From contig CM039004.1 in NCBI GenBank assembly GCA_017499595.2, positions 2,914,001 to 2,978,000 of the forward strand: DNA of 64,000 nt, in the 5' to 3' direction. The stretch comes from Psilocybe cubensis (lineage: Eukaryota). Under the pieces are notes generated by a model that was given only the letters and a program-made list of their open reading frames with translations, was not told the origin of the DNA and searched no databases. This document shows, in pieces, positions 36,525-51,789 of the stretch. The first letter of the stretch is position 1. Each line of letters starts with the position of its first letter. Made by a program: the position numbers and the translations under genes.

Positions 36525-38575
36525 ATGGCTACCCTTATCCCCCCTCCCAAACGCCAAAAGGTATACCATGGAAACCCAGAACCTGAACCAGAGGCACCCG
36601 TACCAACATCAAATATCGTGGTCCAATTCTTATCAGAGGAAGATGGATCACCTTTAGCACCACCCGTTAATTTGCCTGCCAATGTTTCGCGTGAAGGATT
36701 AGAAGCGTTGGTGAATCGGTTAAGCAAACAGGTATGAGATATATCTATTATAGTTATGGTTGAGTCTATGAATTCATCATAGAACTAACAGATTGAATTA
36801 CATTCAGGATGAAGATCCAGTTCCGTTTTCGTTTCATGTCAAATTGCCTGAGAACAAGTTTTCTCTCCCTGGCGCTCCTACGCAGGTCGTCATCTCAAAA
36901 TCTATAGAAGCAGATGTTTTGGAACACCCTACGGCTGACATTACCACGGAAGACATCATCAATGTATATTGTTCACCTCAAAGCGTGTTTCGCGTGCGAC
37001 CTGCGACAAGATGTTCATCCACACTTTCAGGTGAGTTTCATCCTGTCGTTCGCTTAAGCTGAATTAAATTCATTTTATATAGGACATACATCTCCTATTC
37101 TATGTGCTTCTTTCTCGCCTACTGGAAATTTGTTAGCGACGGGATCAGGCGACACAAACGCACGTCTATGGGATCTTAACACAGAAACACCATCGCACGT
37201 GTTATCAGGACACAAAGGGTGGGTTCTATGCGTGGAATGGGAAGCTATGGAGCGGAAGCTCGCAACTGGAGGCCACGATGGACATGTTAGTTTGGATATG
37301 TGCCTACTTTTGAGCTTGTATCTGAAGGAATGCTGCAGGTCAGATTGTGGGACCCTAAGACAGGAACCTCGATCGGAGAAGCGTTAAAGGGCCATTCAAA
37401 ATGGATTACCTCTCTTTCTTGGGAGCCTATACACATGTATGTTGCATTGCTTTTGGTCAATTTTCTTGGCTGATCACTTTTTTTGATTGTCATAGAAATC
37501 CAACTGCTCCTCGTCTGGCGTCTTCGTCAAAAGATGGTACCGTGCGCGTATGGTCCACACTAACACGAAGGACAGAATATACTCTAGGTGGACACTCTGC
37601 AAGTGTAAATGTTGTGAAATGGGCAGGTGGTGGCGGCAAACACGGTGTTTTGTATACAGCAAGTAGTGACCGAACTGTCCGTATATGGGACGCAGAAAAG
37701 GTATTTGAGACCATTATATTTTTCTGCTTTGCATTAAAAAAATTTGAATCGTAGGGGCAACCCCTTCACACATTAAAAGAGCATGCACACTGGGTGACAA
37801 CGTTGACTCTGAATACAGATTTTGTTCTGCGGACAGGCCCGTTCGACCACACGGGCAAAAAACCAGCTTCAGACGAAGAAGGTTCGTTTCGTCCAAGATC
37901 TTTCTTCACACCATGTTTAATTCATCCTCGCAGCTCAAAAACTTGCCAAAGCCCGATACGATGGTCTTCTTAAAACTACGCCCGAGCTACTCATTTCCGG
38001 GTCTGATGACCACACACTCTTCCTTTGGTCACCGTTCCCTTCATCATCCCCGGCGTCTGCCAATGAGCCCAAACATTCCATCACAAAACCTATTTCACGT
38101 CTTACAGGCCATCAGCGCCAGATATCTCACGTCGTATTTTCACCGGATGGGCGCTGGGTAGCATCTGCTGCTTGGGACAACAGCGTCCGTATCTGGGAGG
38201 GGCGGACAGGTAAATTCGTAGCGACGCTGCGAGGGCACGTCGGTGCCGTTTACCGGTTGACGTGGAGCGCTGATAGTCGGTTACTGGTCAGCGCCAGCAA
38301 AGATAGTACTTTGAAGGTCAGTGTTTCCTTTGCGTTTGTTTGTGACGCTAGAATGTCATGGTCGTTGATCATCTATCTCGAACAACAGATTTGGGATTTG
38401 AAGACGTATAAAATTAAAAATGATCTACCGGGACATACTGACGAGGTTTACTGTGTTGACTTTGTGGCTGATAAGGTGGTTAGTGGTGGAAGGGATCGAA
38501 CAGTGAAAATGTACGCGTATCTCGATTTGAATTCGTGAATATGTAACTAACTCATTTTCTAGATGGAAAAATTAA
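36525..38575 (+). CDS. RSA4: Ribosome assembly protein Rsa4/Notchless (NLE domain + WD40 repeats)
   Basis: MATLIPPPKRQK start, VFRVRPATRCSSTLSG, LATGSGD..RLWD, GHKGWVLCVEW, DLPGHTDEVYCVD; multi-exon. Confidence 0.93.
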
Positions 38576-41500
38576 ACTTCATTTGTACTTGTTCCAGTAT
38601 ATTGCAGTTGTTCTATGGGACGCTCTTTTCGAACGAAATGTTCACTATTATCGCCCAAAGCGCGGTTCAGTATAGACGAACATTCCCAGGTGAATTAATC
38701 GTACAGCGCAAAGTTCTTTGAAAGAACATAAACGCACTTCATTAATAATGTCTTGTACATTCTTTCTCCGGAAATTCTACCTCACGACCGTGGGGAACGA
38801 CCAGCATCTCATCTCGAAACATGACAATGCAAATCCGTAGCGGCGCGCTTCCGAGAATGTTGACATGCTCGGACTTCTTCGACGTTCAAAATGCGCCGGG
38901 TGCCAGGGAGACTGACACGATCCCCCAACGGAAACCCGCAACCGTAAAACTCTGTTTAATGTGTTGCGATGCTGTTTATTTTTTTCTTCTACGATCCCAC
39001 AGGTCAACTCAGCACCTACATGCTAAAACCATACTGCGGTGATTGTGGCGCTCGCCCACTGAGGTCAAGACTTCCAAGCCCCTCCAACTTCGACCCATAC
39101 AGCGCTTATATATTAAAATGCAAATGTAAACAAAATGTCACGACGCAATCGTGGGTGCCGAATCCTGATGAGCATCTAACTTGAACTACTACGGATGATC
39201 GAGCACAATGTTCCCATCCATTTGCTCACAAGTTTACATGCGCGACATTACAACTGCAACATATCGGTCAACTATTGACTACTATTTTCGTTTTAGATGG
39301 TCCCCCTCTGCCTCATGCCACCATTTTTCACATTGCTGACTGACCCAATGCATTTTTTGAAACCACGCAGTCATCGGGGGTAAAGAGTATGGTCTTGGCG
39401 TCTGTAACCTCCTAAACTCGACCTGTCTTGTGGTTGTTGTTCTAAAAATAGCCTCGTTAAACTTTTCTGGCATTCGTCCCCAGTGACTAAAACAACATCG
39501 TTGACCGGCGGTTTACTTACTGCACATTTAGCTAAGTTCTTGGTCTGTGTGCATGCTGCACCGGAATACGAGTGGTGCGCTCTCATGGCTGTTCGATACC
39601 GCCGTTTTGCCCGTAGTATATGGAATAAGCATGGATTATTTCACACTTGTCCATGATGGTCTTTCGTTTCACCGTTTTCCATGGCAGTGGTGTGTGAACT
39701 TACTGTAAAGGAAATGAAACTGTAGTGGAAGATATCCCGAAGTTGCGAAGGTAGTATTTTAACCGCTCAAATCTGCTTGATGCACACTAGCAGGGCATGA
39801 GAGATGACGGGAACAGTGGGCGAGTGTAGAGACGTTAATATTGGGTAAACTCTGGATCAGCGGGTAAACTTGCAGGTGTCCCTCCGTGAGTGTCGTAACA
39901 AGACACACTACCCATCATTGATTTATCAACATATAGAACTGTCTCTATAGGTTTGGTGTGCGAAAAGAATCAACTCTGCCAAACCACTTGGTCGTAAAAT
40001 GAGGTCACGGTTTTGTACTGACAATAAATGTAATGAATCTGCGCTCACGAGCAGTGAGGCTAAATGCATTCTTCCCTTCTACGAAGCTCCTTGGAAGTAA
40101 ACAGGGTCCAGGTAAGAATGTCGAGTAATTTAAGCAGAGTTCTTGAAATGCAGTGATGATGAGAATCGGAACGCAAGTTTAGACTCGACGATGGGAAAAT
40201 GGATTTGAACAATATCAGGTCCGAGTGAGGACGTGATGTGAACCGTGCGTGGATTGGGAGGTGGCATTCACTCTACTTGCCATATGTAACGATGGCATTA
40301 GTTAATAGTCGGTTGTGTTCCCGATGCTCCATAGGCTTTGGAGTAAGGTTAACATGACTATGACCTATATCCGACGTATTTGCGTGTTGACAATCGTACA
40401 TGGGTCGAATTGAAACTCCAGAGATACTCGTTACAAGTCAAATGCGAGCCATGCACACAACAGGAGTGACACCATTCGGTCCGATACCGAGTAGATATTT
40501 CCCAGCCTGCCACAGATACATTGTTGTTTAGACATGAGAGCCCGCCGCCTGCGCCGTTAACGATGATAGCAAGTACCCATGGACGGGCATTTGGCGGGAT
40601 GTTCAGGGCATATTTGAGGCTCATGCCCGGCCCTGAAGGTTGAGAAGAGCAACGATAGCCAGCGCAGGCAACGCCGAGGAAGAAAAATAGAGAAGTACTC
40701 GCACACTAATTCCCCTTGACAATCGAGGGTAAAGGGCGCAAGCAGAGTCTTCATTCTTCTCCTAAACCTTGCACTGCTGGACACTCAGTACGCCATCCCT
40801 CGGATTCTCGGGCCTAAGATGCAGTGCGCTATCAGCGAGGCTACTTGGAGTAGGATGAGAGACATGAGGCCATTCTGTCCCAGGACGTCCGGCATTTGAG
40901 TTACTTCATACACAAGTCAGAAGATGGAGCTGGTAAGGATAACGGAGAATAAATAATATGATGTCCGACTTTTAGGCGTGCACAAATAGTCTCCACATGA
41001 TCACATTGACAGAACAGGGAAGGAAACGCGGCGACTAGCTGCCATTTGCAACGTGTGTTCCTTTCGCAAGAGGATGGTCCTAGAATATGGCCGAGGAGGT
41101 GAACAGACTGAGATAGGAGCATTCCCATTAATTTGAGTAATATGATAGAGATCGGGGGACAGTCTGTAGTGTTTACATTCCCATAAGGTCGAGGAAAACC
41201 GAGAGTACATACCTGCCCCAGAAAAATGATACCATGTTTCCCGTTACCTGAGGATGTATTCCACTGTAGATTGATGGTTCTTCGAAAGTGCAGGCAGAGA
41301 TTGAAATAGCATATCTCGAAATTGACCGTCTATGTCGTGTTTATGTTGACTGGTAATTATTTAGCTAGCCTTGAACACCCTTGACGGACGATTAATTGGT
41401 CACCGACCCTATTCTTGTTGACCAAAGGCAGGGAAGATAGATCCTGGAAAGTCGGGGTGAATGAATACGCCTTATCCCTGGGGAAAAGCCTCGCTCACTT

Positions 41501-44500
41501 CCATTTGTAACGTTGAGGAGTGCTCTCAGCGGCATGAACGCTTTAAAGTGTGAACATGAACGCCGAGGAAACGCAATCTGTGGCAATCAGTTGACGATAT
41601 TCAACAACCGCTTCAAGGGTAAAACTCCGATCCAATTTAATTCCCATATTTGGACTGTCGGAGCTGAATTATTAAATGCCGAGCGGCAATCTACGCATGC
41701 GACTTCGTACATACTACATGGTGCAAGCAACTCGCCACATAGCTAAATCTCAATCCGCGGTATGTAAGTGAAGAAAAATCAAAAGTATATTTGAAAAAAG
41801 TTTCGAAGGTGACCATCAAGCAACCATAGCCTTTTGAACTCCGTATGAAAGTTAGTTACGACTTCCTGTAGTAAAGGATTTCTATCGATATTTGTTCTTT
41901 GGATGTACACTGTATAATAGCCAAACTTGCGTCTTTATTAATTGAAGCTCGGCAAACTTAACTATATTCATTTTCCAAAGCTGACTGTGAACACGATGTC
42001 TGGATTATCAGTATATATGACATTTCTACTCTTTGAAAAAATCCAGGACATAAACATGATACGGTATTGAGCTAAGGGATTGACCACCGAAGATTTCGGA
42101 TAGCCAGAAGGCATTATGAGATCGAAAATTCTGGAGCAACGGCGTTTTGGAGGAGATTGTTTGTCCTGATCTCCATAGCAATCAAAATAACCTCACTAAC
42201 TTCAAATATTCTCAGCCCACGCCGGAAGCCTGTCAGTGTCATCGGAGACCAAATAATCGTCTCTGCGTGAGTATCGGATTATCCAAATTTCACCGTATAT
42301 TCATCTTCAAACACTTGGGAAAATGCAAACCTTTCTGCTTTAGCACATATATGGCCATATGGCCATCCAATAGGCGCCAAATCTACTGCCAAAAAGTGCC
42401 TGCTTACGATGAACAAATTACTTCACTGACATTAGTTGCGATAACGATATCGTGATTACCACATCCCTCTCGGGTGCATCTTTTCTTCCGTTACAGTTTT
42501 TGTGCTTCTTTTCGCTTCCTATTGGCCGGGCCGTCAAACTTTCGATCATGATCATGTCTTGTGCCCTGTACGTAAACCCGGCTTCCTGATTCTAAGTTTG
42601 ATGTGATCTACATAAATGAGCAAACTACCTATTTGAGTTAATTGGTGATAATGACATGATTAGAGTTTTCAACCGATACTTGAAGCACAGAAATTAGGTG
42701 CAAGAAAGTGCATGAGTGCATGAGCAAGTGTAGATAGATATTTATGATTTACTTCTGGATACTGCGCATCCTCGATACGAAATATTTACTCAAGATCCAG
42801 TGCACAATGAGTTCATGAGCGCTTCCAATTCGATGACAATATCCTTATCGGCGTCGCTATGTATCATTTACATTTCTTGCTTCTTGTTACCTGAATGCAC
42901 AGTATCAGAAGTATGGTAGCCACTTATTGGGACAGAGCATCATGGATTGGTGGAAATGGGGGCTTTATATTCATCGGTGCGCAAAGAAGGCAGAGCAGAT
43001 GTTGAAAATTGAATTGTAATACGTGTCAATGAGTCAACTTTAAAATTCTTGTTACCTCTTTCTTCAGGTGTTATTATGGAAGAGATCATGCAATTAGAAA
43101 ATTTTGAGAATTTGCTACACCATGAGATGTTGGCCAGCCGATATCGTTGGAAACACCGCGTTGATGCGTTAGAAATTAGGAAGAATAAACTGGATATCAG
43201 AGTAATTTCAAAATATTATAATTCATTCCTATGCAGAGTGATTATATTTGAGGGAGCGTGAGATATAATACCATTTGAGTGAGCCTATGTCCCCGCTGTT
43301 CGATTTCAGCAACACTTGAACCGACCCATGCTCATAAATAGAACTCGCATGTTAATTTGTAATTTCGTCTCTACTACAGTAGATGAGCAGCTACTTCACA
43401 ATGCGTCATGTATAAAAAGCAGAACGCAACCTGTGAACCATACAGATACTCATGCGATCATACCTACACGAATGTCGCACGAGCACTCGCTCACATACTA
43501 TCCAATCTTTTATATTTGGGTTATGGTGTTTCGGAATCACGGATGTGTTGGCATTGGAATAATACAGATGGAATATTCTAATTTGAGTCATGAGGCTAGG
43601 CGCAAAGAGACCATAACTTCCACGGAAAGTGATGATGATGCATTCGAAATCATGGGTGCGAAAATTGCGTAGTTGAAATCAGCTCGCACTCCAAGGACCG
43701 TAGAAGAGGACAAGGGCTTCCGATCTTTGTCCGAGATAGAGAGAATGCCTTCCACAGAATATACGTGACTGAAACGAGCATCACCTGCAATCTTTTGGAC
43801 ACATCGCGCTCGATACGCTCAGTCACTTGCATGTTTGAGTCTTCCGCGGTATTGTAACTCCATCTCCTCGCACCACACCGTTTGCCACGGCAGCCACGTG
43901 AACTCATGGCTACCGCGAAAATGGACTTCTGTATGAATTTATCCTTAGTAGTACGCACTTTAATGTCGAAGACTCGATTCGGAGATTCTCCTCCTTATTT
44001 CCAGCGACTGCCTCAACGAGAGGGAGTGAGATGCATATGATATTGTCTTGTGTAGTACCAAGCACTGCATGTCCCCATTTCGGCTCGTCAGATGAGGTCC
44101 ATCCGGTCAGTTTCACATGAGGGACTCAAGAGAACAACGGACATTCACACGAGCAGAAACGTTGTCCGTTTTCTCTGCGCTGACCTCAACCCTGAATGTA
44201 TTTTCCCACCGTGGTCCAAAGTGACAGAGTTGTTGGGATGCAAGATGATGGATTGTTTTGAATCTCAACACATATTTCCCGTGACGCTGAAATTTGACTC
44301 CCCTTTGAATCTGTTTCTCATCATTACACTATACACGCAGGGTTCGCTTTAAGGCCATGTTAGGCAATGTATCAAAAAGCAGTATAAACGCCGGTTCCGC
44401 TCGGCATTCACAATGAGTAGGTTGATTTCTACCTATCACGACTTTGAAGTTTGAACGTGCCTCTACGTACCTTTACGTAGTCATAAAGGTGTCATAGGTA

Positions 44501-45202
44501 TTATGAAGAAAGCCTCATTGAAATAATTGAGAGGAAGGTGTTTGACATGGTCTTTATTGTGCATATGTGATGCTGAGTAGGTATCACGCAAAATTTATAT
44601 TCGTAACTAGTCTATGCTCAATTTATTCGATTCATCAAAGTCAAAATGCACATATGTATCTGCCAAGAGTACATAGTGCGTGGAGGCCAGACTGTGCACG
44701 CCCCACGGTGAACTCAGGGTTAGAGCGAGTACAAGAACTCTGCGCAGATGATGCCAATGATGATCATCTGAACTTCGACGTATCTAGCTTCTTTAAAATT
44801 TACAAATACGTATGCATGCACTAAGTTAATCCCCAACTCATTGCAACCATAAAAATTGCTGCGCCGCATTTGGTTTATTTATTATTGAATGAAACGCGCC
44901 GCAATTGGGTATGTTCTATTTATAGAGTAGCTGCTTCAAGGAAACAAAGTTGTTTTGAACTTAAAATAGGTTTCCATCCAGCAATCCTGTGAGCAGTTAT
45001 CATTGTCAATGTCAATTACTTTGTTCAAAGGTCATCCGCTTTCTATAGCAAAGGGTGCGTGTAACCAACTACAGGGCGGCACTACAAAGAGAGGCCTACA
45101 AATCCAGACTGGCCTGTGGAATACTGCCAAGTGGCAAATGACATGGGAAAGAGAAGTTTCCCGTTGGGGAGAAACCGCGCAGGTACTTGGTAGGAAGCCC
45201 GC

Positions 45203-45800
45203 CTAAGATTGGGCTCATCAGGAACCAGCACCCCCTTAGGTAAGCAAAAGTTGGCTTACCTCCGAACCTTTTCAACCCTTCTGCACTCACACTATTCTAC
45301 ATTTTTGAACCACAGATATGTAGGTTATGCTTCTTTGAACACATCTGTGGTTTTTTTTTTCAAAAAAATTTTGATCTCAAGAAGTTATAAAGATTTTAAT
45401 TTTTTTCCTTTTTTTTTAGTCTAACACGTCAGAAATGGTGTTTTCTCGAGTTTGGGAGATTTTCGAAAATTTGACAATGTTCTTTTGGCCGCTTATATAA
45501 TGGTACACGTGACCACACGTGACAATAAGTCACGCCTAAGTAATACCTCTCAGACTCATTATGGACTTCCAGAGACTACAATTTGACCTCTGAGGTGTAA
45601 TTCTATTATTGTGGGCATAAAGGCTAGTAGTAAGGATTGTATATGCACATTTATGAATTTTTTTTTTTTAAACTTTTTGTCTGAAACCATTTTCCGTCAA
45701 CATAACTTTTGATTTTTTTTTCGAGCTGGATTTTGGCCGCTCTTGGCGCCAAGCCCATTGATTACGTAAGGGTGCTGGTTTCTGATGAGCCCAATCTTAG
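45203..45800. mobile_element. MITE-like element with ~30-bp TIRs
   Basis: CTAAGATTGGGCTCATCAGGAACCAGCACC ... GGTGCTGGTTTCTGATGAGCCCAATCTTAG; AT-rich non-coding interior; TSD not resolved. Confidence 0.7.
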
Positions 45801-48800
45801 TGTGGGGGTAACAGCCACAAACGGACACGCTCACTGACCGCAAGGGATCAAGCCTTGGGGCAGCTCCGCCTTCCAGCAGACACTAGTGGTAGATCATCAT
45901 AGCTAGAAATAAATATAAGTTGACGTCCACACTTTTCGCCATTACAGAAAATAGACCTTTCCATGTGCAGGGAGCTAAGCATTTGTCAATTGTCCGCCAT
46001 GAGCTAGGTAAGGCTTGGAGTTTTTCCTATAGATGATAGCAGAATGATAGTACCAAACGTACTTCAGGAGCTCACCACTTACAATTTGCTTCTATCAATA
46101 GACGTTTATCCTTTCTGCGGACATTTATCTATTTTTGAGTCTTCCTGAAATTCGATCATTGACCGTTTGTATCTCCTGGGCCTCTGGGCACTGGGCACGT
46201 ATGCGACTAAGTGCTTTCCCGAGTAGCTTCCGTGAGTATCTCCTTGACTTTCGCACTGCCAGCCTATCCCATCCCGATACTACGGGTACTGGGTCATCGA
46301 CAGTGATTGTGGTACGCTGTTATGTCTTCTCGAGGCTTCCATTTACTACTGGGCACAAGGAATATATGATTCTTTACCGACGTACGGCCTGCCGCGCTGT
46401 GAGGCTCACCCACACAGGGCAATTGTCAAATTCTTACAACGCAAAGATCTAAGAGTCCGTGTGTGAATGTTTCGACTGGCATTTGAATTGCTTTTCACAA
46501 CTCTGTTTTTGTTTTACTCAGGTTCATGGCCAAAGGTCGAGAACCTAGAGACACTATTTGGAATGATTCTGGTCTTGGTGGTGTAGATACTTGGAGTCCC
46601 AAGATGATCTAAAGCAGCTTTGAACACTTCTAGTAGTAAGCTATGCTTAATAACATGCCGCCCATAAACCCACTAAGTTGCATTTTTAATTCACCGAGGG
46701 GAATGGTGCAGCCCTGCGTTACCTGACCTGAAATAACGTAGAATGTGTCAGTCCGAAAGACTGGGACCTGGTGGAGTTGATGTCCTATGAAACTCTCTGA
46801 ACGTCCGAGGGCTACTGGCTTCAATATTTTTTTGCGGGTGGGCGCGTAATTCAATCGCGTATTTCACCCTTTTTTGAAAATAAATGTACGCCAAATGAAT
46901 TCAATCACGGTACGTATCATTATGCATTTTTCCCTCAGTGTAATTCTCAAATACGCAGTGTAATTCAATGACAGAACTGACTTGGAACACCACGATAGAA
47001 AGACATAATGCTCATCGCGAAGATGTGGCGGCGTTGAATGACCTGCCAAGTAGTATGCAAGACGTCTAATTGGATAGTATATATGCAGGATGCGTATCTA
47101 CGCACCTAGAATTCTGTCAATTGAGCGTTATTGAATGCCATCGGTCTTGGAATCTTCGTGGCGGGAGTGGGCTACTTCTGTTGAATACAAGACGTTGCGC
47201 CACTGAGAGAATTCCAATACGACGGTAAGCTGGCGGGGAGGGTCATAGGACGTGCTTAGTATCCCCACTGTGAATCCTTTAGAGTGACTTTAGGACCCTG
47301 TCAAGCAACGGCTCCGATCGTGCTTTCTCCTTACTCGCTCGCTAGAAACAACGTTAGCACTACCAATCTAGCATGGGAGTGCTCACTACTCATAGAAGGG
47401 ACGGCGAATCGACACCGCGCCCTCTAGCACGTTAGAATCAGTCATCCGCTAGGGCGGCACACTACTTGACCGGTCCCAAACTACCTCCAACCCATGCCTC
47501 AAAAGTTCTACGAAGCGACGGATCTAGAAATAGGTGTGATTGTATATGCGAAAAAATATAACTGTTCTTGAACAATTCGGACGAGGGACAGATGGATAAA
47601 GCATGTCAAGCAACCTTTGCTGCGAATTGGAAATTTGGCCAAATTATGCCGTCCACTTCTTCGGCTCAGCACACCCGCGAGACGACGAGTTTATGAAAGA
47701 AAGTCGCGCGTTCTATTTTTAGACGCGACATGCTTCGTGAGCGTGGGTGCGCGGGTAAGTGAAAGGGGCGTGTTGGCGCAGGAAAGCTGCGCCTGACTGA
47801 CGGACTGTGCGGTGAGATAGATGGCTTGATTAGACAAAGGCGGATGCCATCATGTATGACAACCCTCCTGAAAGAAAGAACTTGGGAAGCGTTAGGGCCC
47901 TGATGGACTTGAAGAGGAGGGAACGGGTCCCAATCGAATAACTCGCTTCTCTCACCTGGTGCTCGCGGAAAGCGACAGGTATGGAATTCCGAACGTTCTG
48001 AGCGAACGCCGCCTTTGTAAAAAAGCACGGTGATCATGTTCGCACTTCATATCAGAGAGGGGTGGGGTGGTGGCAGGGCGTCCTTTCCCAGTCTACTCGA
48101 TATCTCTTTCCCACCGGACCGACGCCACGGTTCCATGAAGAAGACAACGAGGACGGAGTGCCTGGAACCATAACTCAACGTTACGGTCAAGGAGGGCTAG
48201 TTACTCATCCAAGTAGCGCTATCAGCCATCGATGTTGCCAGAAGACTGGTACCATGCATACTCGTACTCGGATGGACAAAAATGTTGCGACGCGATGCGA
48301 TGCGGGCCCTGCGACACACGATTTGACCTGATGAAGCACCTCAACAAAGCTTCTGATAGGAGATGAATCGAGCGAACTAACATGATGATGATACTACAAT
48401 ACACACACAAATTAAACGCCTCTCCTTCACCGTTTGTTCTCAGAATGCATCAGGCTCAAGTAAGTACCGTCACTCCCACACAGAGCATCTTGAGCGCTAT
48501 TTCGAGCCTACAACTCTCGCACGTACGACTAGCTACTCTACTCTCCAATTCAAGTTTAGAAACCCCTTTCAAGCTGCGAATACGCCGAACGGCGAACATG
48601 CTATTGATCTCCATTTTTTCAACCTTTTAGCTTTGCACCAAAAATTTTCCTTGGGATATTCTGTTGCGCATTTTGACATTAACTCGTACCTCGGTTCTTG
48701 CGCTGTCGGACGGACAGACATTGTAAGTAAACTTGAAAGGCTAGGTTACATTATTTCTTACCGGGGTGTAAATATAGCCCACTGGAGGACACCCAGGTAT

Positions 48801-51789
48801 GTACTCGAATAAGCGTTGAAACCAGGTGGGCTCTAGTATGGATACTCCAACGTCATCTCCTTCGAGTTGTTTCCCAAAGAGAGTCTTCTATCGTCGGAGC
48901 ATGGATGACCCCACCAAACCCGTCTCTGATCTCATCCTTTGATTCCTATCCAGGTTGCGCTAAACCGTATCCGTAGCCTTCATATCCCATGCACGTCCCA
49001 CGATATTACCCAGGGGCTTTCATCATCCCCGTCATGATCACAGAGTCATGCGCAACTCAAAGACTAAAATCCAGGGTCCAATCGAATCACATCGAAAAGG
49101 AGGCAAGGCGACTTTTAGGCGACGGAACAAAAGAAATAAATAAAAAATACAAGGCACGGCGGAAGCCTCGACCAACTTCGCAAGACGCGTGTAATAATTG
49201 CGCCGCGTACTCGTACCAGTGCGAGAGGCCGTCTTTCATTTTCGAATTGACAGTCTGATATCGATGGGATATCTTGTTCTTTTCCAAGTTGAGCCCTGTG
49301 CAGCGTGAGATAGACACGAGATGCAGTAATGTAGTGTATAGCCAGGTCCAGGATCGTCGTACAATGATTGGAGCCATTATGTTAATAGATACAAAGCAGA
49401 TGAAATTCGATCGAAATGACGGAGGCACTCGGAGAGACTGAGAAATGGGCCTGTCCCTGGGACCCTTGAGGGAAAAAAGACACAAAAAACGCTTCCTTTT
49501 TGACAAGAAAATGAAACGAGGCGAGGTGAACGCGCAACGCGTTGCCAGTCCCTGCGAGAATAAAGTGGGGAAGAGAGATCATCGATAATGAATGCGCACT
49601 CGCACTCGCTTCAGAGTTCCCGAGAGAAGCCCAGCTGATTGCCTCGAGGCTAAGACGAGTCGTGTCGACGATGGATACATCTCTAATAGCGCCATAAATA
49701 GCTACATGGATCATTCGCAATTCGCAATTCGAGCGGTAGGCCATTCCGAATCCAAGAATTTGGGAATGGGGCAAGGGGTTAGGCAAGACCAGTGCAGACC
49801 AATTAAAGCGTATGAGTATACAATTTGAAAGTTCTGACAGGCCTGCAGGATACGGCCTGTTCAACAGTATCCAGTGGGTACCATCGACCATCTGCCGAGG
49901 CGTCGCGATTCGCCAGTGCGATTATCGATGGGGTTTTTGCATGAACACGAGATAGATGTGGAGGAGAGGCTGGAAATGGATGATGATGAAGATGATTGTC
50001 GATGATGGGAGTGAGAGAAAGGCAAATCAAAGATATATTTGTAAATAAGCTTGCCTTAGGGCATGTCATTCGTCAAGCGAGACTTCGCCGCTGGACGCTG
50101 CTTGCTGATCATATCATCATATCATATCATGATCACCACCGACATCACCATATACAAGCGCTCCACACAAAATTTCCCAAAGCTTTCCAGCTTCCTCAAC
50201 ACCAGTGGATTTCTCAACAATAAGAAGTAATCTGCAGACGGCGATGAGATGGATGATCGGATAGCGACGATAATAAATGTTCCATAAATTTTTAGCGCAC
50301 ATCCGTGGAAACAGAACAGAAGTACAATGCCCACTGGGCAGAACACCGGTAAACCGTAACACTGGGTGCAATGTGCACGGCACTGGCACGCTGCACTAGC
50401 GATTTTAGTAGCCGCTGCATGCCACATATGTTATTCGCAGAACTCTCAGCGGCCAACCCGTCTCCAGTGTTCTGGTGCAACTGCGCGAACCAAAAAAAAA
50501 AGAAAGGTCATCAAAAGGACATCCACGGCCACGGCCATCCAACAACTTACACCAATGGCAGCTCCAAACACGAAACGCAGAATGTGTTTATGTACGTTTC
50601 CCTGAGAGTCGGAATCAGACTTGTACTATGTATGTATGCTTATACAACTCATACTCGGACCATGATTAAAATTTTCTATAATTCACAGCAATGTATGACA
50701 CTCCACCCACAACACGCCCTTAGCATTGCAAAACACGTCACGTCCGCATCTTTTTCCCTCCGCTGTGCATTTTTTTTTTCTTTCCCATCGCTAATTGGCA
50801 ACCCAATGTATTAATTTAGACATCTGACAATGTTTATGATTATATTTCAATCATGACACATCCGCTAACCCACCTACCGCGGAGGTGTGGACAGCGCCAG
50901 TGGACACTTCTGGGTAAAATTCACAACTTGGAAAAATCCCACCGTGACAGCCAGTCCGCAGGGAACTAGGCTCGCAAATACGCAGTTAAGACAGTTTATG
51001 TACGCATTTGAAATACAATTATGTATTTACACCTTTCCCTTGCCCCCTCCCACTGCCAGACAACCGCAGATACCGCACTTAAGATGCGCATCAATAATAA
51101 TCAGTTCACCGTGACTCACCGTGCACGCACACCTTCCCCACCGTCCAAGTGAACGGTCAGGCTTGCACCTCTTCTTGAAAAAGTCTGCTCGGGGTAGGTA
51201 CATTTGCGCAACAGCAACTCTTAATAATCCACGGCGATGAGTAATGCCCTACTAGGAGCCAGAAAGCATTAGTCAAAGTTATGATAATCATAACGAACCA
51301 ATTATATTGCCATTACCATTACGCCCCTTGGGGCACCCTGTACACACACGCCCCGGCGTATCTCAAGAGCGGTCCCTAGAATGCGTGGTGTTCGTAGCGA
51401 AGTCGTGCAGTAGTAGGATGGCAGTAGCCTGTAGGGACCGCTGGGAATCTCGAAGAAAAGGGTTATCATAACATTCGAGTCCTTGATTCTTGAAGGGCTT
51501 ACATTCGCACTCGTTGCATTATTATATGTAATACTATTTGACATAGAGCTTTACAGGGTAAATTAAAAAAACGACACGAAACGAAACGAAGAAGCTTTGG
51601 GTACCTCAAGTAATAATGAATCCCTGGCATGAGTGAGAATTATCGAAGGAGATTAAAAAACGGTATACTCACTCCCAGGTACTGGTAACAAATTCCTTCA
51701 GCATCCGTAGTACATGTAACGGGCCTACAGTAGAGTACTCAAGGGCCAGGCCAGGTTCTCCACAGGAAAGAAAGAATAATAGAAGTAAA

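Noticed and set aside
38780-44400. Cys-rich and other short ORF fragments suggesting genes or pseudogenes
   Set aside because: No coherent exon chain or recognisable domain could be built by eye; needs a translated homology search.
45215-45224. CATCAGGAA shared between the MITE TIR and the 6520 element terminus
   Set aside because: A 9-bp match at a non-terminal position is compatible with chance.
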